Both the position numbers and the translations under genes were made by a program. From assembly GCF_009914755.1 (NCBI RefSeq), contig NC_060928.1: a stretch of 64,000 nucleotides of DNA, one strand, 5' to 3'. Under the pieces are notes generated by a model. It was not told where the DNA came from and made no database searches. It was given only the letters and a program-made list of their open reading frames with translations. Below are positions 28,901-42,370 of the stretch, piece by piece; the first letter of the stretch is position 1, and the number at the start of each line of letters is the position of its first letter. This DNA is from the human T2T-CHM13v2.0 reference genome, Homo sapiens.

Positions 28901-30842
28901 ATGCTTTTGCTAATTAATAAAGACACCATCCAACAACTATGATTTATTGTTTACTATTTGTCAGGCATTGTTCTAAATTTACATGTACTGTTTTTTCAAT
29001 GCTCTAAACCACCTTACGAATAGGTACTATTATTACTCTTGTTGTAAAGATGAGACAGGGAATAAGAGAGAAATAACCAGGAGGCATTCGGAAACAAGAA
29101 GAGACAGAAACTGTGCCAAAACTCAGGCAGACTTGGGTGCAGAGCTTTGTAGTTTACTATTGAAGCAGATATCCTCTTAGTAGTTGAGATGCAGGGTTTT
29201 TCCAGTCATAGATAGAAGAAAATTCCCTTGAAACCAAGAACCATGAGTCCTGTGCCCTTGCCTGTTTCTCCTTCCAGGTCACTTAGGAATGAGGACAAGT
29301 CTTGGCTATTTTCTTGGCCTGGAATATTTTTCTCTCCTTCTTCATTTATTGATGCTCTTGATAATTCCTAAACTATAATTAAAAGTCCAGCTCAAAAGCT
29401 ACCTTTTTTCAGAAAAAAAATCTTCACTCTCCTAAATTATAAAAGAATGAATTTCCTTTTTGTCATGTTTCATTGGAAATCTAACAATGAAAAATTACCA
29501 GTAATTTATTCCAATGGATGCTTCATTAAAGCAAACTTTTACATATTAATATACCTACCATATCTTTGGCTTTTTTGTCTTATTTTCTGAGTTTTAGCTT
29601 TAGCTGGAAGAGATACTTTTACATAGTTGCATTGGTGGTAAAAATCTAATAATATGTGTAAAAGAGAGAACTCTGGGTCTGTCATGATGATTTTTAACCT
29701 AGAGATAGGAGGAAAATATTAGAAGTACTATGCATTTAAAGTTGTTTAATATTAGGTTATTTCAGATGCCACATTCGCTATGTTGCAGTACTGTAAATAG
29801 TTTTTGTTTAAAAATTAGCTAATTGTGTATATCAATATTTATAATTTTAATACATTTTCTTTCTTAGAATTTAAAAAGGATTTGTGAAAAATACATATCT
29901 TTGTCACATATAATAATTGCCAAAAATAAATTAAAAGCCAACAACAGAACAACACACACAATAAAAGCAATTTAGAGCATAGCTTACTTTTGAAGACAAC
30001 TTATAAAAACATTGATGGACCCATTTATTCTTATTACGACACTGGATAATTCATTCAACCTTTTGTCTTCTGTAAAATAGAGGAAATAATATCTATTCTG
30101 CAAAAATGAGATGAAATTATTTATATGAAAATATTAAGGACAGAGGATGACATAGAGTAGAAGCTTTATTCAACTTCCTTCCCCCCTTCTTCCCTTGCTT
30201 CCATTCTCCATTTTTCTTCTTTTACTCCTCTCTATGTCGACTTCTTTAGGTCACACTGCAGAGCAGAGAGAAGAAAAATGGAGGAGGAGAAAGTGAAATG
30301 AGTCTTGTTTTGATAAGACTGGAATTATTTTGGGAAATGGACTTCTTAGATGGTGCTGCCCCTTAGCTACTTCAGAAATGAAAGAAGGGATGACTAGACT
30401 TATAGAGAATGTATTACAGTGCTCAGGATCCTGTGCACTGGTGGATTTAGTCCCAGCTTGAACTCCCAATAAGAAGTAACTCTCCCTAGCAAAGAAGGTT
30501 TAAAGCCTCTTTACTCTAATCATGGCAGGCATACTATTACTGGTAATTCCAGAAAGGACACAGATCAAAACACTATAGGTGGCTAAGGTAGAGTACTGTT
30601 TCCTAAAGCCATTTTTGATAATACATAATGCTGGTAATCATATGAAGGAGTACATGTTAAAGGAAAATCCTTCCTTGGAAATAATGAAATACAGAGTCAG
30701 AACCCAAAGATTACTTTGAGCAACAGCATGACCAAAATCACAGACTTCCTGCAACTGGTAATAAGTAAAGCAAAGTGTAGGCATTCCAGCAAATGGCAGT
30801 GTGGAGATCTAGCCTGGACTAGAATTACTCCCATAACCACTA

Positions 30843-31520
30843 TATTATGTCTTCTATTGCTGTGTAACAAGTTACCACAAATTCAGTGACTTAAAACAAC
30901 ATACATTTATTGTCTTGAAGTTTCCATGGCGTGAGAAGTCTTGGCATAGCTTAGCTGAGTCTTCTGCTCAGGTCCTACGAGGCTGCAATCAAGGTGTCAC
31001 TCAGGCTGCATTATCATCTGAAGGCTCGCATGGGGAAAAATCTACTTTTTAACTCATTCAGGTTGCTGGTAAAATTCATTTTTCTTGTCAGTTATGAATG
31101 AAGGTCCAGTTTTTGCTGGTTGTAGGTTGAAGGCCTCCCTCAGGTCCTGGAAGACACCCACAGGTCCTAGCCTAGTTGGGCTTCCTCAGCATAGCTGCTT
31201 ACTTCATTAAGCTAGCAAGGAGAATCTATCACCTGAAGGAAGACCCAGTCCCTTTTCTAAGGGCTCCCACCTGTTTAAGTCAGACCTACTCAGGATAATT
31301 ACCCTTTTGATTAATTCAAAATAAACTTGAATTACATCTACTAATTACCCCGCCTTTGCCATATAAGATAACCTAATTAAAGGAGTGACATCCTTTGCCA
31401 TATTCCCTTGGTTAGATGCAAATTACAGCTCCCGCTCATACTCAAGGGGAAGGGATTTTACAGGGTATAAATATTAGCAGAGCAGGAAACATGGGGGCTT
31501 CTATAGGATCTGTTAATAAC
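30843..31520 (-). mobile_element. MLT1 (D/E/F-like) LTR
   Basis: attgctgtgtaacaagttaccacaaattcagtgacttaaaacaac...caaggtgtca...aggagtgacatc. Confidence 0.8.
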
Positions 31521-31782
31521 AGCCAAATTGGTTGAGGTTATTGCTGGTTAAGAGTAATCAGAGATAGGTGTAAGAATTCCTGTATACTCTTCACATTTGA
31601 ATAATTTAATTCAATTAACTGTATAACATATGCAATTTCACTCAAGAAACTGTATCTGGTAAACATGTAGCATATTAATTGGTAATTGTTCATTACCAAT
31701 TTACCAATTGCTCATTACCAATCAACTTTTTCTCACCTTTCTGTAGAGATAAGTTAATGAAGTCCATGAAGGATCTGTATGT

Positions 31783-32455
31783 ATTCATTTATTCATTCAT
31801 TTGACAAATATTTATTGACCACCAACTATAAGCCAGACACTGTTTAGGTGCTAGAAGTATGGTAGCAAACAAAAAGGATTGAAAATAATCCCTGCCCTCA
31901 TCACTGTTACATGCTAGAAGAGCAGAGAGGCAATGAATACAATGAATTAGTAAATATGTGTGGTAGTGGTACGTGCTACTGAAAGGAAAGGAAGGCATGG
32001 GTTGTGATTATAGAGAGTTTGGGCAGGGTGTTTTTAAGAAGATCACACGTAAGTAAAGACCTGAAGAAGTGAGAGGATAAATCTCATGGGGATTTGGGGA
32101 ATGAGCACTCCAGGCACAGAGAAGAGCAAGCGCAAGGCCCTGACATTGAAATGCGCCTGAGGGGTCCGAGGGATTATAAGGAGGTCGGAGTTTCTGCAGC
32201 TGAGTGAGCCAGGGGACCATGTAGGAGATGGAGTGAGAGAGGAAATGGGAGCTGGGTGTAGCAGGTCTCTGTAGGTCTTTGAAAGGAATTTGGTGTTTAC
32301 TCTGAGATGGGAGCCATTGGAGCATTTTGGGCAGAGGAGTGATATGATCTGATGTGTTCTAACAGTGTCACTCTGGCTGCTGTGTTGAGAATAGGCATTC
32401 AAGGGTGAGACAGGGAGACCAGTAAGTGAACAATTATGATAATTTAGGTGAGGGA
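31783..32455 (-). mobile_element. L2a 3' end
   Basis: attcatttattcattcatttgacaaatatttattga tail, then gggagccattggagcattttgggcagaggagtgatatgatctga. Confidence 0.88.
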
Positions 32456-32524
32456 TATACACATATATATGTGTGTGTATATATATTGGGGAATGAGCAG
32501 AATGTTGCAATCTGGAATATGCAT

Positions 32525-32864
32525 GTTATGACCGATGCTGGGCATATTCAAGGAGATTGAGGTAAGAGGAAGCTTTTAAAAGCAAACAGAGAAGTGTGCA
32601 TAAGTTGTTTTGAATGAAAGAGAACATTGGTTACAGGGGCTTTATTGCAGGAGTTGACGTCAGTTCATTAGTGGAGACAGTGTGTCAGACAAGTGTTCTT
32701 GTACAAATGGTTAGCTGTCCTTGTGTGACTCATGGAGCAAGCTGTGGTTGGAAAAAAATCTATCAGGTAAATTGTAAATGAGAGCCCTGCCTTCATAACC
32801 TCCCAGCTCCATTTAGTTTGGTTTTAACATAAGTGACTCCATTTTGGTACTGACAGTTTTCACA
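32525..32864 (-). mobile_element. ERV1 LTR, MER65-like
   Basis: The reverse strand begins tgtgaaaactgtcagtaccaaaatggagtcacttatgttaa, which resembles the recalled MER65 5' end. Confidence 0.65.
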
Positions 32865-33320
32865 AGGCTAAAATGCACTTTTTTCTGAATCCTCTAGCTG
32901 AGAATTGGTCTTTTGTCTTACTCAGGTTCTTAACAGAATCTCATTCTTTGCAGTAGTGATAGTAAGATCCTTTCTTCTGGCTGGCTGTCAGTTCAGGGTA
33001 GTTCCCTGCCTTCAGAGGCCATTGTATTCCTTGGGTTATGGCTCCTTCTTCCATTTTTAAACCAGAAATGGCAGGTCGAGTTCTTCTCATATCACATCTA
33101 TCTGACCCCCTGTGAACTGTTCTCCACTTTTAAGGACTCGTTATTAGATTGGATCCACCCAAATAATTCAGGATAATCTTGCCTTTTAATTTTTAGCTGG
33201 TTAGCAACATTCATTCTCTCTGAAACTGAACAGAAAGAATTATGTGAAAAAATTGCTGTGTAACATACAAATTCACAAATTTGAGTAGTGAAACATAAAT
33301 ATCTTAAGGGACCATTTTTC
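32865..33320 (-). mobile_element. MLT1 LTR fragment
   Basis: ctccacttttaaggactcgttattagattggatccacccaaataattcaggataatct. Confidence 0.75.
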
Positions 33321-33439
33321 TTCCTTACACCACATGCACAGACATGTACACATACACACACACACACACACACAACTGGCTCACATTCATTTTTTGCCTC
33401 TTTCCACTTAATTATTCAAATTATGAAAAAGGAAAATAA

Positions 33440-34075
33440 AACCCAGTTGGTCTCTTCTGCTCTCACACACTTCTGACACCAAATGTTTGGGATATTTTTT
33501 TTTTCCACACCAAGCAATTTTTCAATTATTTGCAGATTCCAACTAGGTGTCCTACAATTCAATTCAGTTCTGAAACTGTCTTCCTGGAGCTAGCCTCAGA
33601 TCCCCACAAGTTAAGGGCTTGGTCTAACAAGACTGCCCCAATTTTAGATGCCAGTTGCCAGTCTGAGCTCCACTTCTGACCGACCAGCTATAAATTGGGG
33701 GTTCCCAAGACCCTCTCCTTGAGTTTGATCATTTTCTATAGTGGATCATGAACGTCAGGGAAACATGTACTTATGTTTAGCAGTTTATTATAAAGGATAC
33801 AACTCAGGAACAGTCAGATGGAAGAGACATAAAGGACAATGTGTGGGGGCAGTGGTGCAGAGCTGCCATGCTCTCTCTGGGCACACCACTCTTCCAACAC
33901 CTTGATGTGCTCAACCCAGGAGCTCTCTGAACTTTTGGGTTTTTATAGAGGCCTCATTACGTAGGCATGAATGATTGAATCATTGGCCTTATGGTGATTA
34001 AGCCAAACTATAGTCCCTCTCCCCTCCCAGGAGGTCTCTACCCCTGAATGGTGTGCTGAATGTCCCATCCCATTC
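33440..34075 (-). mobile_element. MER21-like LTR
   Basis: cacttctgacaccaaatgt...caattcaattcagttctga...gaccagctataaattgggggttccca...ttattataaaggatacaactcaggaacag. Confidence 0.75.
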
Positions 34076-36376
34076 TATTTTTTTAAGGTTATTTTCAACT
34101 GACCACTAATTATATAAGGAATTACATCGACTTGTAAAAAAAAAAATCTGGTCTATCTTTTCTCTATAGTACCGTAGTTTTGAGGTTGTAAGAATAAATT
34201 ACACGTTTAATGCTACTTCAAAAGGGATTTAAAAAATAAACATTCCAAATGTGCTTCTAGGCTCATGCTATCAACTATTTTTCCAAGATTATAGTGATTA
34301 AGATTTTGCTTTTCAAACTGTTTTATGCCTATCGGTGTACGTTTACTTTGACCACGTCGTTTATCTGCTTAGAACTCTAAATCGTGTTTGAATTTCATGC
34401 TATCTACTGGCTCTGAGTTGAAATGCTTATTCAGTTGCTTAAAGGAAAGAAAACATTTCTTTGAGCTGCTTCAACCCGTAATAGTCTTTAGACAATAGCC
34501 ATTGTATAAAAAAATCTGTACATCGCGCTTGATATTCATGATTACTCAGTATAATAATCAGCAATGTCTTGGGGATGGTAACAATGTGCTATGTGTTTTA
34601 TACAAACTTTTTCCTTGAATTCTTACAACATACCTATGGGAGTATGTGCTGCTGTCAATTCTGTTATATAAATCAGAAAATAAAAAAACACAGGGGGCCG
34701 AAGTCATTTGTTCAGTCATGTAGCTGTGAAGTATCAGCAAAGAAACTTTAGCTCACTGACAAGAATGCCTCTGCCCTGAGCCATTTGGCCATAAATGCCT
34801 CATGAAATTTATTCCTTTTTAAAGTGGCTATTTTACCATTAATATGGGGGCATATGTGGATCAAATATTACTATTGCTTTATTGACAGGAAATTGAGTAC
34901 CATAGTTGCCCTAGTCAGATATCTAATATTCATAATTGTATAACTATCCTTTCATTTCCTTGTTCTATGAAAGCTGTATTATGGCAGGTAACCAATTTCC
35001 ATTATAGCCTATACATTTTGTTTCAGCTAATAGAGGTTTTTTTTTTTTTTAACCCACTGGACAAATCTTTAGATTGTCTCCTATTGCTGATTAGAAAAAA
35101 AGGGTTTTCTGGTTTTTCCTCAAAATTAGGGATAACTCTGGGGAATATTTAGGACAATATGTAAATAAATTTCATATCTAAGACAGACCTTTGTATAAGC
35201 AAATCAATAATCTTTGCCACATTCCAGTGTGTTCTGTTAGCATTCATAGAACACATTCATATGAAGCCAATCGCAAAGCTGAAGGTATCAAAGAAAGTGA
35301 TAAGAATAAGAAACGAGTTCATTTAATTTACCAAGATTCTTCAGGTAGACCCTTCTAATTTTCATTTATTTTGCAGGTCTTTTCAGCTCCCCAAAAAGCT
35401 ACATTAATCACCTAGGATATTTATATACCAATCCCCAGTTTCCAGAAATAGGTGCCAAGGTTGCATCATACATGCAAAAGAAGAGTATTTGGGAGGCTCT
35501 TAGGTAATTGATCTGTTTGAGAGTCTCCACCCTGAGTTTCAGTCTAGTGTCTAGGATCTCACCTCCATTCCCAGGGAAACACTACTTACTTATTGGCAAA
35601 GACATGCCTTAGTCCAGAGGAATAAGAAAAAAAGGTGTCACAGAAAAATCATGAGACATCTAAAGAGAACAAGCTGTAGGAATAAAAGGCACAAGTAGAA
35701 CACATATAAGAGGATGCAAAATTGATGGAACACATACAGCAAGGCTTTAAAGTAAACATATTCTATGTTATCACAGAGATAAGATAGACAATTGGAAACA
35801 GTAGATCAGATAGTTATAAATAAACAACTGGAGGTATTAGAACGAAATAATAATGTTGAACTAAATTGCTGCATGGATATGCTGACTCACAGGATTGATA
35901 TTGCTGAAGAACGAACAAGTGAGCTGGAAGATCACATTGAGGAACTCTCCTGAAAGACATCAGAAAATGACAAACAACTGGAAAGAATAAAATATTGAGA
36001 GATAGAGAGGATAGAAGTGCCAACAGCTAAATAAAAAGGAATTTCAGAAGAGAACGAAGAGTAAATAGAGGAGAGAAAGTAGTAGAAGTAATGAACAAGA
36101 CATGCAGCCTTAGGCAGAAAAGAATCATAGAGTGCTGGTAGAACTGATAAGAAGAAAACTACCTCTAGACCCATGACAATGATATTTGAGGACATGAAAA
36201 ACCACAAATGTTTCTAAAAGCTCCAGAGAGGAAAAACCAGACCCCTAGTAAATAAGTGATGATAATCTTTTCAATAGTAACACTTGCTGCAAGAAGACAG
36301 TAAAAATATATTTTCAAATTGTTGATGGAAAATGACTTTGAACTATATTCATTAAAGCTATTATTTAAAATTACCA

Positions 36377-36653
36377 ACTGGGCATGCCTTTAATAGCAGC
36401 ACGTTGTCCGAGACCAGCAATTTAAGAGCCATCTGGGCAACACAGTAAGACCCTATCACTACAAAAAAAAAATTTTTTAATTAGCCAGGTAGAGTGGCAT
36501 GTGCCCATAGTCTTCACTCCTTGGGAGGCTGAGATGGGAAGACTGCTTGAGCTCAGGAGGCTGAGGCTACAGTGAACTATGATTGCATCACTTCACCTAG
36601 CCTGGGCAACACAGTGAGACCCTGTCTCTAAGAAATAAAATAAAATAAAAAAA
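36377..36653 (+). mobile_element. AluJ (left arm degenerate)
   Basis: gggaagactgcttgagctcaggagg...gcctgggcaacacagtgagaccctgtctc plus (TAAAA)n tail. Confidence 0.88.
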
Positions 36654-37712
36654 ATTGTTATTGAGTATAGAAGGTCTTATAAAGCAGACTAAATAAAAGT
36701 CTTAATAAATTCCCCAAATTAATATCATTCATGACATAAAATATGTCTGTAATTTAAGAAAAATGGAAACTAATAATAAAACTTAAACACTAACATAGCT
36801 AAATAACTAAAAATATACTAAATAAACAATAAAAAGAAAAAATAATAAGGGAAACTAAAATAGGCTAAATAGCAATGAAAGCACTGCGTGTCAATACCTG
36901 GGGAGGCAGATTAGGAAGAAATTAATGGACTTAGAACATTTAGCAAATAATAAGAACTACTGAAATAAATTAGCTAAGTGTTCAACTTAAGAAATAAAGA
37001 ACAACAGAATAAATCGTAAGAAACAAGAGGGAAATTAATAAAAGTGAAGGCAGAATTGAATAAAATGAGATTATATAAAGAAAATTAGAGAGGGTAACAA
37101 TTTCAAAAAACCCCTGTTCTTTTAAAAGACAAATAAACCACTGGTGGGATTTAATAAGAAAAAATTGACAAGATATTTAAATAAAATATGGAGTGAAAAT
37201 TGAAAATAAATACACATAGAATACAGATTTAAGAATCATTAAAATATGAAAATAATACTTAAATAATTTTGAAAACATTGATGTAGAAGACAAATTTCCC
37301 CTCAAATAACAAAATGAACAAAAGCAGATGGAAATTAAAATAGATTAATAACCACCAAAGTGATTAAAATGGATTCTCAAAATGTCCCTTGGCCTCCAAT
37401 ACCGAATAGTTTTACAGATGGATTCAATCAAATTGTCAAGAATCATATAATTTTTCTTATGTACATTATTATATTAAAATATAAAAAATAAAAGGGAAAT
37501 GTGAGAAATTAGGTTTATGGGCCAATTCCATTTAAGAACATAGATGTAAATATACAAAAATTAACTAAGTAAATACAGCAATGCATTAGAATTGCATTAT
37601 GATATAATAGCATTGATTATAAAAATGCCAGGATGATTCAACACTGAACAAAATCTATCATCTTGATAGGTGTAGAAAAAAAATTGATAAATGTCAACAA
37701 AATGGTAGACAA

Positions 37713-37996
37713 CCTCACACCTGTAATCTCAGCACTTGGGAGGCCAAGGCAGGCGGGTCACCTGAGGTCGGGAGTTTGAGACCAGCCTGACCAACACAGT
37801 GAAACCCCGTCTCTACACAAAGACAAAAATTAGCCGGGCATGATGGCGGGTGCCTGTAATCCCACTACTTGGGAGGCTAAAGTGGGAGAATTGCCTGAAT
37901 CCAGGAGGGCGGAGGTTGCAGTGAGCCAAGATCGTGCCATTGCACTCCAACCTCCATCACAAAAAACAAACAAACAAACAAAAAACAAAAAAAAAA
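37713..37996 (+). mobile_element. AluS
   Basis: ctcacacctgtaatc...cacctgaggtcgggagtttgagaccagcctgaccaac. Small 3' deletion and (CAAA)n tail. Confidence 0.92.
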
Positions 37997-38109
37997 CCTC
38001 ATATGAAAAACATTTTTAGTGAAAATGTTTTAGCCACATTACATTTAATGTAAGAAAAAAGACAATAATTTTCAGTCTTCCTGTTACTAGTCAACTGATT
38101 TTTAGAGGT

Positions 38110-38290
38110 AGGGTAATCAACTCAGGTTTGCTAGAGACTTTTCTGAGTTTAGCTCTGAAAATCTTGTGTCTGGGGAAACTCCTCAGTCCCAGGCAAACTG
38201 GATGATTAGAATGGCACAGTTAGAGTTTTAAAGCTAAAGTCCCATGTCCCAGAACCCTTTTCAGCCTCAGGCAAACTACACAGCAACTAC
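38110..38290. mobile_element. MER94-like (hAT-Blackjack) MITE with a partially repeated internal unit
   Basis: agggtaatcaactcaggtttgc...ctcagtcccaggcaaactgg, followed by a second aaagtcccatgtcccagaacc...caggcaaact. Confidence 0.6.
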
Positions 38291-39910
38291 AGATCCTGAC
38301 TAGAGCTATATAGAATAAAAAGACACATAAAGTATAAAAATGGGAAAAAAGAGGTAAATGTTTTAAATTATTTATTGAGAGATAACAAACTTACAAAATG
38401 TAAGAAAGTCATTAAACTGCTAAGATCAATAATATAATGGCAACGAAAATACTGGATCAACAATCAGCAAAACAGATTAATAGGATTTCTTAATAACCAA
38501 CTAGGAAATGTAGACTGAATATCATTTATAAAAGTAATAAAAATTGTGGGGTATCTAGGGGTTGTCTAACAAAGTCTACTAGAAACTTTATGGAGACAAT
38601 GTGAAAGTTACTTTAAAGGATCTAAAAGAAAAATCTAAAAATGAAATATACCTCATTCCTGAGAAAATAATTTTGCATTGTAAACATAAATTTTCTCTGT
38701 ATTAATAAATCCAAAGCAATTCTAACCAAAATTCCAGCATAATTTGGAGGGGGAGGAGTGACTTGGAAAATTACTTTAAAACTGTATATGGAAGAATCAA
38801 CTTCCTCAAATGGATAAAACAATATTGAAAAATTAGAATAAAATAGAGGGAGCCAGTCTCACATACTAATAAATAATCCAAAATATATATAGTAACAAAA
38901 CAATGATGTATTGCTGCAGCAACAGGCAAATAGGCAAAAGAAACAGAATAGACAGCTCAGAAACAAACTCATGTTTAAACAAATTGGTAATTAATAAAAA
39001 TGCAAATATGTGAAGATAGTTGGCTACTCTACTTTAAAAACATTAGGTTGGATACTTATCGTCTATTATATTAAAATTATTTACAGTTACTAAATATGAA
39101 AAACAAAATAAATGTGATATAAAATAAAAGAAAATACCTAGTAATTTAAGAAAATTTAGGACAATGTGACCTCAGGATAGGGAAGGATATTTAAAACAAG
39201 ATCCTCAAGTTCAAACATAAAGACAAAAAAATGACAAATGTGATTACATCTACTTTTCAATTTTTTTCTTCAGTAAATTATACATAGACAAAATTTAGTG
39301 GAGATAGGTGACTAGCAGAAGATATTTGCAACATCTATAAAATTTTAAAGGCATCAATATTTAGTGTATACATGAATTGCCTGGAAATCAGCAAGATAAA
39401 TGCAAGACATTCAACAGAAGAGTAAACGATAGGATTAAACTATTGCAGAACGGTGGATGCTGATTTAATAAGCATGTGAAGAGATCCTGACAGGTATTTA
39501 GAGAATGCAAGTTAAAATCAAGAAACACTCTCCTGCACCCAAAGATTTATTAAACATTAGAAAGTCAGGTAGTATCAGCTCTAGCAAAATGTGGGAGAAA
39601 TGGGTATCCTGAGGTTGGTGGGAGTGCAAATTGATGTAGTCATTTGAAAGGACCAGCCAGTAGTGCTCGGTGGAACTCAGTACGCGGATAATGTACAATC
39701 GAGAAATCTCTTCATCTGTATACAGAAAACCTCTCACACAGGTCTGTAAGGATAAATGTGCAAAAATGGTTATTGCAGTAGTCACTTTTGGTAGCAGAGT
39801 TGGAGGCAATCCTTCAATTGGTCATCCTAGCAAAATGGATATATAACATGTGGCATATGCATACAATAGAAAACTAGGCAGCTTCAAAAATAATTATATA
39901 TGTAAATGTA

Positions 39911-41273
39911 CAGTTGTTCTTCACTATTTATGGATTCCATATTTGTAAATTTGTCTACTTGCTAAAATTTATTAGTATTCCCCAAATCAATACTCTTGGC
40001 ACTTTCATAGTCATTATGGACATGACATTTGCTGAGAAGGGAAAGCTTTGAGTTGTTCAATGTGGATATTCCCAGCTGAGGTCGAACACGGCCACATTCT
40101 TTGTGTTTTGTCTGTCATAAGATAAACAAGTGTCCTTTTCGTGGCCTATTCAGTGCCACATTTATTGCATTTCTGTTCTTTATGTTGATTTTGCTGTTTA
40201 TTTTTTTAAATTTTTTATTATGCTTTAAGTTTAGGGTACATGTGCACAATGTGCAGGTTTGTTACATATGTATACATGTACCATGTTGGTGTGCTGCATG
40301 CATTAACTCGTCATTTAGCATTAGGTATAAATCCTAATGCTATCCCTCCCCCCTTCCCCCACCCCACAACAGTCCCCGGTGTATGATGTTCCCCTACCTG
40401 TGTCCATGTGTTCTCATTGTTCAGTTCCCACCTATGAGCGAGAACATGCGGTGTTTGGTTTTTTGTCCTTGCGATAGTTTGCTGAGAATGATGGTTTCCA
40501 GCTTCATCCGTGTCCCTACAAAGGACATGAACTCATCATTTTCTATGGCTGCATAGTATTCCATGGTGTATATGTGCCACATTTTCTTAATCCAGTCTAT
40601 CATTGTTGGACATTTGGGTTGGTTCCAAGTCTTTGCTATTGTGAATAGTGCCGCAATAAACATACGTGTGCATGTGTTTTTATAGCAGCATGATTTATAA
40701 TCCTTTGGTATTGCTGGGTCAAATGGTGTTTCTAGTTCTAGATCCCTGAGGAATCACCACACTGACTTCCACAATGGTTGAACTAGTTTACAGTCCCACC
40801 AACAGTGTAAAAGTGTTCCTATTTCTCCACATCCTCTCCAGCACCTGTTGTTTCCTGACTTTTTAATGATTGCCATTCTAACGGGGGTGAAATGGTATCT
40901 CATTGTGGTTTTGATTTGCATTTCTTTTTGCTGTTTAAAGCTGCCCTGAAGCATAATGCTGTCTGGCATTCCTAAGTACAAGAAGGCTGTGATGTGCCTT
41001 ATAGAAAAAAATAAGTGTGTTAGATATGTGTGGTTCAGACTTGCCATTGACTGTGAGTTCAATGTTGATGAATCAACAATATATATTAAAATGTCTTTAA
41101 ACAGAAATATACATAATACAAGGTTATGTATTGATCAATTGATAAAAATATTGTGACCAGAGACTTAAGGGAACCTAACCCTGTACTTCCTCTAAAAGTA
41201 ATGAGTAAGTATTTACTAATTCAGTATCCACAGTGGCTTTTTAGAACATAAAGACTGCAAATAAGGATTGACT
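39911..41273 (+). mobile_element. MER82 (Tigger) DNA transposon split by an L1PA insertion
   Basis: ta|cagttgttcttcactatttatggattccatatttg...ctaaaatttatt start and gcaaataaggattgact|ata end. The halves rejoin across the L1 TSD. Confidence 0.8.
40201..40925 (-). mobile_element. 5'-truncated L1PA (PA3/PA4-like) 3' end
   Basis: Encodes the ORF2 C-terminal peptide ([10 protein letters not shown]...[18 protein letters not shown]) and the 3'UTR. 12-bp TSD ttttgctgttta at 40189-40200 and 40926-40937. Confidence 0.95.
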
Positions 41274-41777
41274 ATATATGTATGTATATATATATATGTG
41301 CATATGCATATGTATGTGTGTATATACATGCCTCTAAATATGTTTGAAAAAAATGCACATATGTGTACATATATATATATTATGCTGAAATTTCCTCTTT
41401 ATAGATTTACATAGAGAATGATCTAAAATAACATAGTGTTAAGGAAGATTGTTGAAATAATATAATTTACAGTCAGTATGATGTACCATTTGAGTAAAAT
41501 TATAACAACCCCCAACAAAAATAATGTGTTACAAGCATATGCACATATCTAAATAAGTTTATAAAGTTGGATTGGAATATATTATGTATTATAATGAGAG
41601 CTGCAGAATGGAAGAAATGGGAATGGGGATGGAGAAAGAAAAAAAATTATAAATAATTTTTCTCTTTCCCTTGCAAAGCAAAATAAATGACAATGTGCTA
41701 TAAACCGAGCTGTGTTATTAGCCTAATTGTGAGTTTAAAATAAAAGTCTTCTGGCTTATAAGCACAGTCCATAATGT

Positions 41778-42075
41778 TTTATTTTACCTTTTTCTGAGAG
41801 AGTCTCACTCCATCATCCAGGATGGTGTGCAGTGGCTCAATCTCAATTCACTGCAACTTCTGCCTCCCAGCCTCAAGTGATTCTCATGCCTCAGCCTCCC
41901 AAGTAACTGGAATTACAGGTGCAGGCCACCATGCCTGGCTAAATTTTGTATTTTTAGTAAAGACAGGGTTTCGCCATGTTGACTAGGCTGGTCTCCAACT
42001 CCTGACCTCAAGTGATCCTCCCATCTCAGCTTCCCAAAGTGCTGGGATTACAGGCGTGAGTCACCGTGCCCAGTC
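41778..42075 (-). mobile_element. Alu (S/J type)
   Basis: Full reverse-strand Alu ending cccaaagtgctgggattacaggcgtgagtcaccgtgcccagtc. Confidence 0.92.
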
Positions 42076-42222
42076 TATTTTTATTTTTTAAATAAGAATT
42101 ACAAAACTGACTTTTTGCCTTTCTCTCCATTCCTGTGAATTTAGGGGCCAATACAGGTTGCCATAAAAAATTAGGAAAAAAACCTGCCCTTTTTCAATAC
42201 TTGATGGCATGAAAACCAAAGT

Positions 42223-42370
42223 TAATAATAATGTATTAATATTGGTTCATTATGACAAATGTAATGTATTCATATAAAATATTTATAATGTGAGATCTGG
42301 TTGTGTGGGTATATGGGAACTCTGCACTCTTTTCACAATTCAGTACATCTAAAACAAAACATTTATTAAA
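42223..42370 (+). mobile_element. L1MC/MD-like 3'UTR fragment
   Basis: aataatgtattaatattggttcatta...gggtatatgggaactctgcact. Confidence 0.7.

Larger units (their letters stand above)
35600..41740 (+). mobile_element. Very old L1M (L1ME-like) LINE-1, heavily decayed, hosting Alus, MER94, MER82 and an L1PA
   Basis: A-rich + strand with colinear ORF1/ORF2/3' remnants (gagctggaagatcacattgaggaac, tttacagatggattcaatcaaa, aaagcaattctaaccaaaattccagca, gagaatgcaagttaaaa). Boundaries approximate. Confidence 0.7.
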
